From Novosphingobium sp. (lineage in GTDB: Bacteria; Pseudomonadota; Alphaproteobacteria; Sphingomonadales; Sphingomonadaceae), in the NCBI GenBank assembly GCA_031360905.1, contig JANMCD010000086.1:1-32363 (forward strand): a stretch of DNA of 32,363 bases, written 5' to 3'. The position numbers were made by a program, and so were the translations under genes. Under the pieces are notes generated by a model. That model was not told the origin of the DNA. It did no database searches and worked only from the letters and a program-made list of their open reading frames with translations. The first letter of the stretch is position 1. Every line of letters begins with the position of its first letter. This document shows, piece by piece, positions 10,381 to 19,254 of this stretch.

Positions 10381-10394
10381 AGGAGAAACCCAGC

Positions 10395-10931
10395 ATGCGC
10401 TGCCTTGCCGCACTGGCCATTCTTGCCATTACCGCGGCGACCCCGGTCGCCGCCGCTGCGGCCGAGCCGCCTTGCCTGACCCCAGCGGAATTCACCGCGC
10501 TTTCAAGCTACGCGCTGCCAAGCATCATCACCGGCACCGCGCAGCGCTGCTCCGCCAGCCTGCCGCCGGGCGCTTGGCTGAACCAGAACGGCGACCGGCT
10601 GGCATCGCGCTATGCGCAGGGCAGGACCGAGGTCTGGCCGGCGGCGAGGGCTGCCTTCATCAAGCTGAGTTTGAGTTCGGGGGGCAGCGATGCCGCCAAT
10701 TTCATCCGGGCGTTGCCCGATGCGACGCAGCAACAAATGTTCGATGCGCTCGTTTCCGGCATGGTCGTGCAGCAGCTGCCGCCCAGTCGCTGCGGCGTGA
10801 TCGACCAGGTGGTGCGGGTGCTGTCGCCGCTGCCACCCGAGAATACCGCAGAGCTGATCGCGCTGGCGGTCGGCATCGGTGCGAAGTCGGGCCGCGCCAG
10901 GATCGGCATGCTCAGCATTTGTCCGGCGTGA
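10395..10931 (+). CDS. Hypothetical secreted protein
   Basis: Strong SD (AAGGAG), Ala-rich signal-peptide-like N terminus, four Cys in the mature part; stop overlaps the next ATG (TGATG). Confidence 0.8.
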   Translation: MRCLAALAILAITAATPVAAAAAEPPCLTPAEFTALSSYALPSIITGTAQRCSASLPPGAWLNQNGDRLASRYAQGRTEVWPAARAAFIKLSLSSGGSDAANFIRALPDATQQQMFDALVSGMVVQQLPPSRCGVIDQVVRVLSPLPPENTAELIALAVGIGAKSGRARIGMLSICPA

Positions 10932-11428
10932 TGGACAATTATCTCCTCCCCCGCGAAGTCATCGACCTCGCCATTCGCGTCGTCGCCGAGAACAAGGCGG
11001 CAGGCCGCACGGTCTCCCTTGCCGAGAGCTGCACCGGCGGCCTGGTCTGCGCGGCGCTTACCGAAATCGCCGGCTCATCGGCGGTGCTGGATCGCGGCTT
11101 CGTCACATATTCGAACGAGGCCAAGCGAGAAATCCTCGCGGTTCCGGATGCGATCCTCGACACTTTCGGTGCCGTTTCGGTCGCCACCGTCTGGGCCATG
11201 GCGCAAGGAGCGCTGGCTCGCAGCAACGCCGATATCGCGGTTGCCATCAGCGGCGTTGCCGGACCCGGTGGCGGCAGCGCGCAGCGCCCGGTCGGCACCG
11301 TCGTCTTCGCCCGCGCCATAAGAGGCAGCGATGAAGTCGATGCGGAGGAGCGGTTCTTCGACGGCGGCAGCCGGTCGGCGGTGCGCTGTCAGGCCGCGCT
11401 GGTCGCGCTGGAACTGTTGCTGCCGTAA
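10931..11428 (+). CDS. CinA C-terminal / PncC-like nicotinamide mononucleotide deamidase
   Basis: Start reassigned to MDNYLLPRE (ATG 10931). AESCTGG, GFVTYSNEAK, GAVS, SGVAGPGGG and PVGTV motifs. Confidence 0.9.
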   Translation: MDNYLLPREVIDLAIRVVAENKAAGRTVSLAESCTGGLVCAALTEIAGSSAVLDRGFVTYSNEAKREILAVPDAILDTFGAVSVATVWAMAQGALARSNADIAVAISGVAGPGGGSAQRPVGTVVFARAIRGSDEVDAEERFFDGGSRSAVRCQAALVALELLLP

Positions 11429-11850
11429 AGCGCCGCCGCGCGCGTTTCGAATGCCGCGACCATCTTACGGAACGCGCGGTCGAAGTACTGGCCGGCAAGG
11501 CTTTCGAACAGGGCGTTGCGAAAGGTGACGCTGACCGAGAAATCGACTTCGCAGGCGGCGGGGCCAAGCGAGCGGAATAGCCAGATATTGTCGAGATCGC
11601 GCATCGGACCATCGATGTAATGCACCTGGATGCGCCCCGGCCGGTCCTTCTCGATCTGCGAGGTAAATTTCTCGCGCAGGCTTTTGAAGCCCACCAACAT
11701 ATCGGCAACCATCTGGTGTTCGGAATCCGACTGCACCCGCGTCGCCACCACCCACGGCAGGAATTCGCCATAGCGCGAGACATCGGCGACCAGATCGAAC
11801 ATCTGTTCGGCACTGTAGGGCATTGTGCAGACTTCCCGGATCGCCGGCAT
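11389..11850 (-). CDS. RatA/Coq10-like SRPBCC (START-fold) protein
   Basis: PYSAEQMFDLVADVSRYGEFLPW N-terminal motif and AFETRA C terminus; 1-nt overlap with the lipA stop. Confidence 0.9.
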   Translation of the reverse strand: MPAIREVCTMPYSAEQMFDLVADVSRYGEFLPWVVATRVQSDSEHQMVADMLVGFKSLREKFTSQIEKDRPGRIQVHYIDGPMRDLDNIWLFRSLGPAACEVDFSVSVTFRNALFESLAGQYFDRAFRKMVAAFETRAAALYGSNSSSATSAA

Positions 11851-12776
11851 CAGCCTGTCTTCGCCAGCTGCGCCTCGCGGGCCCGGCGCATCGCGCGGAA
11901 ATCGTCGCCGGCGTGATAGCTTGACCGGGTGAGCGGGCTGGAGGCGACTTGCAGGAAACCCTTGGCCCGGGCGATGGCACCGTAAGCGTCAAACGCCTGC
12001 GGGGTGACGAACTCGACCACTCTGGTGTGTTTCGGGGTCGGCTGGAGATACTGCCCCATGGTCAGGAAATCGATCCCGGCGCAGCGCATGTCGTCCATCA
12101 CCTGGTGGACCTCAAGCCGCTCTTCCCCCAAGCCCAGCATGATGCCCGATTTGGTGAAGATCGACGGATCGTGCCGCTTCACCTCCTCCAGCAGCCGCAG
12201 CGAGGCGTAATAGCGCGCACCCGGCCGAATCGTCGGGTACAGACGCGGCATAGTTTCAAGATTGTGGTTGTAGACATCGGGCCCGGCGGCAACGATCGCC
12301 GCCACCGCCGCCGGCATCCGCCCGCGAAAATCGGGGGTGAGGATCTCGATTGTGGTCTGCGGCGTCGTCCGGCGCAGCGCCGCGATCACCTTGACGAACT
12401 GACCTGCCCCGCCGTCCGGCAAATCGTCGCGGTCGACCGAAGTGACGACGATGTGTTCAAGACCCAGCTTCGCCGCCGCCTGGGCGACATGCTCGGGCTC
12501 ATCCGCAGCGACCTTGCCCGGCATGCCGGTCTTAACGTTGCAGAAGGCGCAGGCACGGGTGCAGGTATCGCCCAGGATCATCACCGTTGCGTGCTTCTTG
12601 GTCCAGCACTCGCCGATATTGGGGCAAGCCGCTTCCTCGCACACTGTGTTCAGGTTGAGCGAGCGCATCAGATCGCGGGTCTCGGCATAGGCCCTGGAGG
12701 TCGGCGCCTTGACCCGAATCCAGTCGGGCTTGCGCTGTCTTATGGGAGCACTAGAGAGATCGTTCATGCGGTCCAT
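11850..12776 (-). CDS. lipA: Lipoyl synthase
   Basis: [12 protein letters not shown] auxiliary cluster motif, CTRACAFC radical-SAM motif, C-terminal RSSYHA. Confidence 0.98.
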   Translation of the reverse strand: MDRMNDLSSAPIRQRKPDWIRVKAPTSRAYAETRDLMRSLNLNTVCEEAACPNIGECWTKKHATVMILGDTCTRACAFCNVKTGMPGKVAADEPEHVAQAAAKLGLEHIVVTSVDRDDLPDGGAGQFVKVIAALRRTTPQTTIEILTPDFRGRMPAAVAAIVAAGPDVYNHNLETMPRLYPTIRPGARYYASLRLLEEVKRHDPSIFTKSGIMLGLGEERLEVHQVMDDMRCAGIDFLTMGQYLQPTPKHTRVVEFVTPQAFDAYGAIARAKGFLQVASSPLTRSSYHAGDDFRAMRRAREAQLAKTG

Positions 12777-12839
12777 TTAGTGGCGCCGGCCCGACTTGCC
12801 AATGGCCGCTGGGGCAAAGTTAAAGGTAGAAGGCGCACG

Positions 12840-13808
12840 ATGGGTTCCACCGCACTGGAGACACTGGCTTCGCCTGTCATTCTCTTTTTCCTGCTCGGTC
12901 TTCTGGCTGCCGCACTCAAATCCGAGCTGGCAATACCTGAAGCCATGGCCAAAGGAATGTCAGTTTACCTGATGGCTGCAATCGGCCTCAAGGGCGGGGT
13001 AGCCATAGCAGATTCGGGGGTGAACGGGGAAGTTGCCGCCGCCGTGGCCATCGGCATCGTTGCAAGTCTCGGCATTCCCTTCGCCGCCTATGGCCTATTG
13101 CGAAGCTTCGGCAGGCTGAGCCGCATCAATGCCGGGGCAGTGGCAGCGCATTATGGTTCGGTCAGTGTCGTCACTTTTGTGACGGCCGTAGAAATTCTGA
13201 GCGCTATCGACCTGGCTCCGGCTGGCTATATGGTCGCGGTCCTTGCGGTAATGGAGACTCCGGCAATCCTCTCGGGGCTCTATCTGGCTCGGCGTGGGGT
13301 AAAGGCGAGCGAGCAGGATGGTGGCAGTCTTTGGCGTGAGGTGTTCCTCAATGCCTCGGTCGTTCTGTTGCTCGGCAGCTTCGCTATCGGGTGGATTGCC
13401 GGGCCTGAAAAGTTCGAGCAAGTGAAGCCGGTGTTCGATACCGGGTTCAAGGGCATACTGTGCCTGTTTCTGCTCGACATGGGGCTGATCGCCGCCCGGC
13501 GTCTTATCCAGACACGGGCAATCAACTGGCGGCTGGTGACGCTCGCAATTTTGTTTCCGCTGGTGAATGGTGGCCTGGGCGTCGTGGCGGGGACGGCGAT
13601 CGGCCTCGAAGTCGGATCGGCTGCGGCGTTTGGCGTTTTATGCGCCAGCGCAAGCTATATAGCAGTGCCCGCAGCCATGCGACTTGCCTTGCCCGAGGCG
13701 GATCCTGGCATTTATCTGACCATGTCACTATCGCTAAGTTTTCCGTTCAATCTCATCGTAAATATCAGTTTGATCGCTTGGCTCGCCGGTCTGCTGGGGG
13801 GAAGCTGA
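12840..13808 (+). CDS. sbtA: Sodium-dependent bicarbonate transporter, SbtA family
   Basis: Start reassigned to MGSTALE (ATG 12840). About ten hydrophobic segments with family motifs AIGLKGG, AAHYGSVSVVTF, METPAI, FLLDMG, ASASYIAVPAAMR and FPFN. Confidence 0.9.
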   Translation: MGSTALETLASPVILFFLLGLLAAALKSELAIPEAMAKGMSVYLMAAIGLKGGVAIADSGVNGEVAAAVAIGIVASLGIPFAAYGLLRSFGRLSRINAGAVAAHYGSVSVVTFVTAVEILSAIDLAPAGYMVAVLAVMETPAILSGLYLARRGVKASEQDGGSLWREVFLNASVVLLLGSFAIGWIAGPEKFEQVKPVFDTGFKGILCLFLLDMGLIAARRLIQTRAINWRLVTLAILFPLVNGGLGVVAGTAIGLEVGSAAAFGVLCASASYIAVPAAMRLALPEADPGIYLTMSLSLSFPFNLIVNISLIAWLAGLLGGS

Positions 13809-13818
13809 AGGACACCCT

Positions 13819-14127
13819 ATGATTGAAACCGTCATCCGGAAACGGATTGAAATCCTTGCCGATACGCCGCTCGTCCGGCGGGTAACTGCCGCGATGGAAC
13901 GCTGCGAGATAACCGGCTGGACCGTATTGCCGGTCAGTTCCGGGCGAGGCCGAGAGGGGGAGTGGCGGGAAGAGCGCGTGACCGGCTCCGACAAGGCGTT
14001 GGTGTTGACTATCGCTTCGCAGGCACGCGCAAGCCGGCTGACGGAGGAACTGGCACCCTTGCTCACCAGCCATGGCTTGCTTCTGACGATGTGGGACGTC
14101 GAAGTTATTCGTGGCGAGCGATTCTAA
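13819..14127 (+). CDS. sbtB: PII-like regulator, SbtB type
   Basis: 102 aa with KRIEI first strand, ITGWTV...GRGREG loop and VEVIRGERF end; directly after sbtA; SD GAAGGA. Confidence 0.8.
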   Translation: MIETVIRKRIEILADTPLVRRVTAAMERCEITGWTVLPVSSGRGREGEWREERVTGSDKALVLTIASQARASRLTEELAPLLTSHGLLLTMWDVEVIRGERF

Positions 14128-14768
14128 TGCCTGAATTTGCAGTGCTTCTCGAAGGTTACCGTAGGTTCCGCGCCAGCGCTTATGCAGCGCAGAAGGAACG
14201 CTACGACCAGCTTGCCAATGAAGGTCAGCGGCCAAAGCTGATGGTCATCGCCTGCTCGGACAGCCGCGTCGATCCGGCGCAGATATTCGATGTTGATCCG
14301 GGCGAAATTTTCGTCGTTCGCAATGTTGCCGCCCTGGTGCCGCCCTTTGAGACGACCCCGGGCCACCATGGTGTGTCTGCCGCGCTGGAATTCGCAGTGC
14401 AGGTACTCGAAGTGCGGCAGATCATCGTCTTGGGTCACGGCAGCTGCGGCGGCTGCAAGGCGGCACTAACGAAGGAGTTGCATGGAACGGAGCCCGGCGA
14501 AGGCGGCTTTATCGCCAACTGGATCGCCCTGCTAGACGAAGCGCGGGCGCCGATCGCGGCACAGCTGGGGACCACCGGGCGCGCGGCGGAGCGGGCGATG
14601 GAGCAGGCGGGCGTGTGCGTCAGCCTCGCCAATTTGCGTAGCTTTCCCTGCGTTCGCACCAAGGAACGCGACGGCCGACTGCGGCTGCGCGGTGCGTTCT
14701 TTGCGATATCCGATGGCGTGCTGCACTTGCTCGACGAGGCGAGCGGAGCGTTCTCGCCGGTGGAATAG
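14127..14768 (+). CDS. Beta-class carbonic anhydrase
   Basis: Start reassigned to MPEFAVLLEG (TAATG overlap with sbtB). Zn ligands in CSDSRV and HGSCGG, plus GEIFVVRNVA and ALEFAV. Confidence 0.95.
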   Translation: MPEFAVLLEGYRRFRASAYAAQKERYDQLANEGQRPKLMVIACSDSRVDPAQIFDVDPGEIFVVRNVAALVPPFETTPGHHGVSAALEFAVQVLEVRQIIVLGHGSCGGCKAALTKELHGTEPGEGGFIANWIALLDEARAPIAAQLGTTGRAAERAMEQAGVCVSLANLRSFPCVRTKERDGRLRLRGAFFAISDGVLHLLDEASGAFSPVE

Positions 14769-14772
14769 CTGA

Positions 14773-14806
14773 CCCACCCCTAACCCCTCCCGCAAGCGGG
14801 AGGGGG
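14773..14806. repeat. GC-rich hairpin between convergent genes (REP-like element and/or terminator)
   Basis: CCCACCCCTAA followed by CCCCTCCCG-CAAG-CGGGAGGGG (perfect 9-bp stem, 14784-14805). No U-tract on either side. Confidence 0.6.
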
Positions 14807-14820
14807 ATACGAGCAAATCC

Positions 14821-16254
14821 TCAGGACGCAGCCGTCCCTGACGCCTTCTGCGCGGCGTAGAGCGACCACAGTTGTGCGATATTGCGGCGCGGGCCCTGCA
14901 CCTTGGTGAACGACGCCCGGGCACCGGCATAATTGCCCTGATCGAGCTGGGCAATGCCGAGGCGGGTCAGCAGCTTGGGCATGTCAGCGCCCGCCTTGGC
15001 CATGGCGATGGTGTACAGCGCCTCCGCTTTCGCCGCATCGCCGTAGCTGAGGAAGGCATCGCCAGCGCCGGTTACCGTCACGGACGAAGCGCTGGCGGCG
15101 CGGGCTTCACGTTCGAGGCCGGGAAGTGAGGCCCGGTCGGCAGCGAGCCGGCCGCTGGCAACCGTGCGGGCTTCGGTCACGAACGGGTCGTTGGTCCGCA
15201 GCTTGCCGGACGCCTTGCCGGCATCAAGCACGCGGATAACTTCGCCCGGCAGACGGCGCGCATCGGCAGCCTGGATATATTCGATGTAATCGCGTTCCTC
15301 GGCGTAGCTCTTGGTGCGATCCATCAAGCGCATCAGGTCCAGCGTTTCCTGTGCCGGGTATTTGCCGATCTCACGCACGACGGTGATGGCGCCCGCCCAA
15401 TTGTCCGCAGTGGGATAAGCGCCCACCAGACCCATCGCGAATTCGGCTGCCGTGTCGACCTGCTTGGCCTTGTAGGCAGCGCCCAGCCCGCGCCGGTACC
15501 AGCCGGCTGGCGCTTTGGTGGGAGTGGTATTGCGATAATCGATCGCCTGCTTGAGCACGATCAGGCCCTGCGGCACCTGATTGTCCGAAATATAGGCCTC
15601 GGCGAGCAGCGCGTCGGCATCGTTTTCATGGAAACCGGCAGCAATAGCGGCGCCCAGCGCTGTGCGCGCGGTGGCGAAATCCTTCTGGTCGAAGGCGAAC
15701 ATGCCAAGGTGATATTGCAACCGCGGCGTATCTGCCGCTGCGACCTTGCCGCTGCCGATCATGGCTTCGATACCACGGCGCTGGAGCCTAGAATCTTTAG
15801 CGATACCGCCAAGACTTACGGCCAGGCTTCCCGCCATATAACGGTCATCCGGCGTACTAGCTACGGCGAATGCTGCGTCGAGCTGAGCCTTTTCAGCCCT
15901 TAACGTGTTTCCAAGTGCAGCAACGGCGGCATCGAGACTAGCGCGCGCCTGGGTGCGGGCAGCCCCCGTAGCAGTCTGGGCTGCAGATTGCGCGGCATTT
16001 GCGCTATTGGTAGCGGCAACGACGTCGGCGCGTTTCTTGGCGTCTTCAATTGATTTGCTAAGCGGAGCAGCGGCAGCTTGAAACGGCTTGGAAAGTGAAA
16101 GTTTGGGAGCTTTGGGAGCTTTTTGCTGTGCCGGGGCCGCCAGCGCGGGTCCGGCAACCAGAGCGGCTCCGGCAAGGATAGCTAGGCCAGCTGCGGCGCC
16201 AAGCGCCGGGCGAACAAGCGAGGCCCTAATTCTGGGCAATGCGGTGCGGATCAT
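14821..16254 (-). CDS. Secreted, Ala-rich helical (TPR-like) hypothetical protein
   Basis: SD AAGGAG; signal peptide ending PALA; TPR-like segments (YHLGMFAFDQKDFATARTAL, GDAFLSYGDAAKAEALY, RLGIAQLDQGNYAGARASF). Confidence 0.82.
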   Translation of the reverse strand: MIRTALPRIRASLVRPALGAAAGLAILAGAALVAGPALAAPAQQKAPKAPKLSLSKPFQAAAAPLSKSIEDAKKRADVVAATNSANAAQSAAQTATGAARTQARASLDAAVAALGNTLRAEKAQLDAAFAVASTPDDRYMAGSLAVSLGGIAKDSRLQRRGIEAMIGSGKVAAADTPRLQYHLGMFAFDQKDFATARTALGAAIAAGFHENDADALLAEAYISDNQVPQGLIVLKQAIDYRNTTPTKAPAGWYRRGLGAAYKAKQVDTAAEFAMGLVGAYPTADNWAGAITVVREIGKYPAQETLDLMRLMDRTKSYAEERDYIEYIQAADARRLPGEVIRVLDAGKASGKLRTNDPFVTEARTVASGRLAADRASLPGLEREARAASASSVTVTGAGDAFLSYGDAAKAEALYTIAMAKAGADMPKLLTRLGIAQLDQGNYAGARASFTKVQGPRRNIAQLWSLYAAQKASGTAAS

Positions 16255-16542
16255 CGAGCGTCACTCCTTTGGATTGCGGCGGAGACTTGCTTCCACCACT
16301 TTAAAGCCGTGAATATATCATTGGCGAGAATTCGCCAGCTTGGCAACAGTACGCGCCACTAGGGTGCAGTCGGTGAACGACAATTGAATGCGGTTTGTTC
16401 CAGCCATTCACCCACAACGCAACTTTTGTGGAAAAGCGGCAGATTCCGTGGGCAGAAGACGCGCTTCGACTGGCGCTGGCAGGATGGTTCGCCTAGGGCC
16501 TGAGCCTCCACCTTCCCAGCAACTGCGATCGAAAAAATCCGC

Positions 16543-19254
16543 GTGAGCGACGACACCGAAATTATCGATTCCCCGCCACCTGCCGGCGAGTACACCCGTA
16601 TCGACATCGTCGACGAAATGAAGGCAAGCTACCTCGATTACGCGATGAGCGTGATCGTCAGCCGCGCGCTGCCAGATGTGCGCGACGGGCTCAAGCCGGT
16701 GCACCGCCGCATCCTCTACGCCGCGATGGAGGGCGGTATGGTCGCGGGCCGACCGTATCGCAAATGTGCGAAAATCGTTGGCGACGTGATGGGCAATTAC
16801 CACCCGCACGGCGACAGCGCGATCTACTTCGCCCTTGTTCGCATGGCGCAGGACTGGTCGATGCGGCTGCCGCTGGTCGACGGCCAGGGCAATTTCGGTT
16901 CGATGGATCCCGATGATCCGGCGTCGATGCGTTATACCGAGGCGCGCCTGGCCCGCGCCGCCAACAGCCTGCTCGACGATCTCGACAAGGATACCGTCAA
17001 TTTCCAGGACAATTACGACGGATCGCGCCAGGAGCCGACAGTACTGCCGGCGCGCTTCCCCAATCTGCTGGTCAATGGCGCCGGCGGCATCGCCGTGGGC
17101 ATGGCTACCAATATCCCGCCGCATAATCTCGGCGAAGTGATCGACGGCTGCCTCGCCTTCATCGACAATCCGGCGATCACCACCGAGGAATTGTTCGAGA
17201 TCATCCCCGGCCCCGACTTCCCGACCGCGCCGATTATCCTGGGCTCGCACGGCGCCCGTTCGGCCTATCTGACCGGGCGCGGCTCGATCCTGCAGCGCTG
17301 CCGCCACGAGATCGAGGAAGGCCGCGGAGACCGACGCTCGATCGTGCTCACCTCGATGCCCTACCAGACCGGCAAGAACGGGCTGGTCGAAAAGATTGCC
17401 GAAGCCGCCAAGGACAAGCGGATCGAGGGCGTTTCCGACATCCGCGACGAATCCAGCCGGCTTGGCGTTCGAGTCGTCATCGAGCTTAAGCGCGATGCCA
17501 CGCCCGAAGTGGTGCTAAACCAGCTGTGGCGGCACACCCCCGCCCAGTCGAGCTTTCCGGCCAACATGCTGGCGATTCGCGGCGGCCGGCCCGAGACGCT
17601 CGCGCTTCGCGACATCATCCAGGCTTTCATCGCTTTCCGCGAGGAAGTTATCACCCGCCGCACCAAGTTCGAGCTGAACAAGGCGCGCGACCGGGCACAT
17701 TTGTTGCTCGGACTGGTCATCGCCGTCACCAATCTCGACGAGGTGGTGCGGATCATCCGCGCCTCGCCCAATCCCGGCGCGGCGCGCGCGGCGCTGCTGG
17801 CAAGGGAGTGGGCAATCGGCGAAATCGCACCCTACATTCGCCTGGTCGAGGCGATCGAGGAGGATGCCGAGGAAACTTCGGGCGGCACCTACCGGCTTTC
17901 CGAATTGCAGGTAAAGGCGATCCTTGACCTGCGCCTCCACCGTCTCACCGCGCTCGGCCGCGACGAAATCGGCGGCGAGCTCCAGCAACTTGCCGATGCT
18001 ATCGCGGAATTTCTTTCGATCCTTGGCGACCGGGTGAAGCTTTACGGGCTGATGCGCGGCGAGCTGGTCGCGGTGCGCGAAGCCTTCGCCACCCCGCGTG
18101 TCTCCGAAATCGCCCCCGCCTGGGACGGGATCGAGGACGAGGATCTGATCGAGCGCGACGAGATGGTCGTCACCGTCACCCTGGACGGTTATATCAAGCG
18201 CACCAGCCTGTCGATCTTCCGCGCCCAGAACCGCGGCGGCAAGGGCCGTGCTGGCATGACGACCAAGGACGAGGACGCGGTCTCGACCATGTTCGTCACT
18301 TCGACCCACAGCCCGGTCCTGTTCTTCTCGACCGCCGGCAAGGTCTATCGCCTCAAGGTCTGGCGCTTGCCGGAAGGCGGGCCGGCGACGCGCGGACGGC
18401 CGATCGTCAACCTGTTGCCAGCGCTCGATCAGGGCGAAACGATTGCCGCGGTCCTGCCGCTGCCCGACGACGAGAGCACCTGGGGCGAGCTGAACGTGGT
18501 GTTCGCCACGGCCAGGGGCAACGTCCGGCGCAACAGCATGGATGCCTTCAGCAATATTCCCTCCAACGGCAAGTTCGCCATGCGCTTCGACGAAGATTCG
18601 TCCGACCGGCTGATCGGCGTCGCGCTGCTAACCAGCGGCGACGACGTGCTTCTCGCCAGCCGTCTCGGCAAGGCGATCCGCTTCCCGGCGGATGACGTGC
18701 GCGAATTCGTCAGCCGCACCTCCACCGGCGTTCGCGGCATGGCGCTCAAGGCGGACGATGAGGTGATTTCGCTGTCGATCCTCCACCGCGTCGGCACCAC
18801 TCAGGAAGAACGCGAAGCCTACCTCAAATTCGCACCCTGGAAGGGCGATCGCGAGGGCGAATGCGAGCTGGCGCCGGCACGTGTCGAGGAAATGGCGACA
18901 AAGGAACAGTTTATCCTCACCGTCTGCGCCAACGGCTACGGCAAGCTGTCATCGGCCTATGAATACCGCCGCACCGGGCGGGGCGGCCAGGGCATCACCA
19001 ACATTGACAATATCAAGCGCAATGGTCCGGTCGTCGCCAGCTTCCCGTCAACCCGGGCTGACCAGCTGATGCTGGTGACCAACCAGGCCAAGCTGATCCG
19101 CCTGCCGCTGGAATCGCTAAGAGTAATCGGGCGCGGCTCGGCCGGGGTGAGGTTGTTCAACGTCGCCAATGAGGAACATGTGGTCGGTGCGGTGCGGCTT
19201 GCAGAAGTGCGCGGCGTTGAGGAAGAAGACGCAGACGTGCCTGCCGACGGTTAG
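16543..19254 (+). CDS. gyrA: DNA gyrase subunit A
   Basis: GTG start; [33 protein letters not shown], catalytic MRYTEAR and GyrA-box QNRGGKG. Confidence 0.99.
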   Translation: MSDDTEIIDSPPPAGEYTRIDIVDEMKASYLDYAMSVIVSRALPDVRDGLKPVHRRILYAAMEGGMVAGRPYRKCAKIVGDVMGNYHPHGDSAIYFALVRMAQDWSMRLPLVDGQGNFGSMDPDDPASMRYTEARLARAANSLLDDLDKDTVNFQDNYDGSRQEPTVLPARFPNLLVNGAGGIAVGMATNIPPHNLGEVIDGCLAFIDNPAITTEELFEIIPGPDFPTAPIILGSHGARSAYLTGRGSILQRCRHEIEEGRGDRRSIVLTSMPYQTGKNGLVEKIAEAAKDKRIEGVSDIRDESSRLGVRVVIELKRDATPEVVLNQLWRHTPAQSSFPANMLAIRGGRPETLALRDIIQAFIAFREEVITRRTKFELNKARDRAHLLLGLVIAVTNLDEVVRIIRASPNPGAARAALLAREWAIGEIAPYIRLVEAIEEDAEETSGGTYRLSELQVKAILDLRLHRLTALGRDEIGGELQQLADAIAEFLSILGDRVKLYGLMRGELVAVREAFATPRVSEIAPAWDGIEDEDLIERDEMVVTVTLDGYIKRTSLSIFRAQNRGGKGRAGMTTKDEDAVSTMFVTSTHSPVLFFSTAGKVYRLKVWRLPEGGPATRGRPIVNLLPALDQGETIAAVLPLPDDESTWGELNVVFATARGNVRRNSMDAFSNIPSNGKFAMRFDEDSSDRLIGVALLTSGDDVLLASRLGKAIRFPADDVREFVSRTSTGVRGMALKADDEVISLSILHRVGTTQEEREAYLKFAPWKGDREGECELAPARVEEMATKEQFILTVCANGYGKLSSAYEYRRTGRGGQGITNIDNIKRNGPVVASFPSTRADQLMLVTNQAKLIRLPLESLRVIGRGSAGVRLFNVANEEHVVGAVRLAEVRGVEEEDADVPADG

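Noticed and set aside
10472-10930. Apparent 318-aa CinA with a long N-terminal domain
   Set aside because: The extension is an alternative frame of the upstream secreted-protein gene; ATG 10931 is coupled to its stop.
11389-11428. 40-nt convergent overlap between the cinA-like and ratA-like genes
   Set aside because: Real, but short tail-to-tail overlaps are common in compact high-GC genomes; no further signal.
11389-11850. RatA-like gene as a second toxin-antitoxin system
   Set aside because: No RatB-like partner; coupling to lipA fits the housekeeping Coq10-like role better.
11949-12839. Apparent 619-aa SbtA fusion
   Set aside because: The first ~297 aa are antisense to lipA; SbtA similarity starts at 12840.
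16102-16122. Short tandem repeat TTTGGGAGC x2
   Set aside because: Encodes the KAPKAPK low-complexity linker; too short to call a functional repeat.
16408-18309. Minus-strand ORFs of 299 and 264 aa within gyrA
   Set aside because: Antisense shadow frames of a strongly codon-biased gene.
18780-18910. Insertion in the GyrA C-terminal pinwheel ([10 protein letters not shown]...KEQF)
   Set aside because: Insertions at this blade are usual in proteobacterial GyrA; too short for an intein and lacks intein termini.
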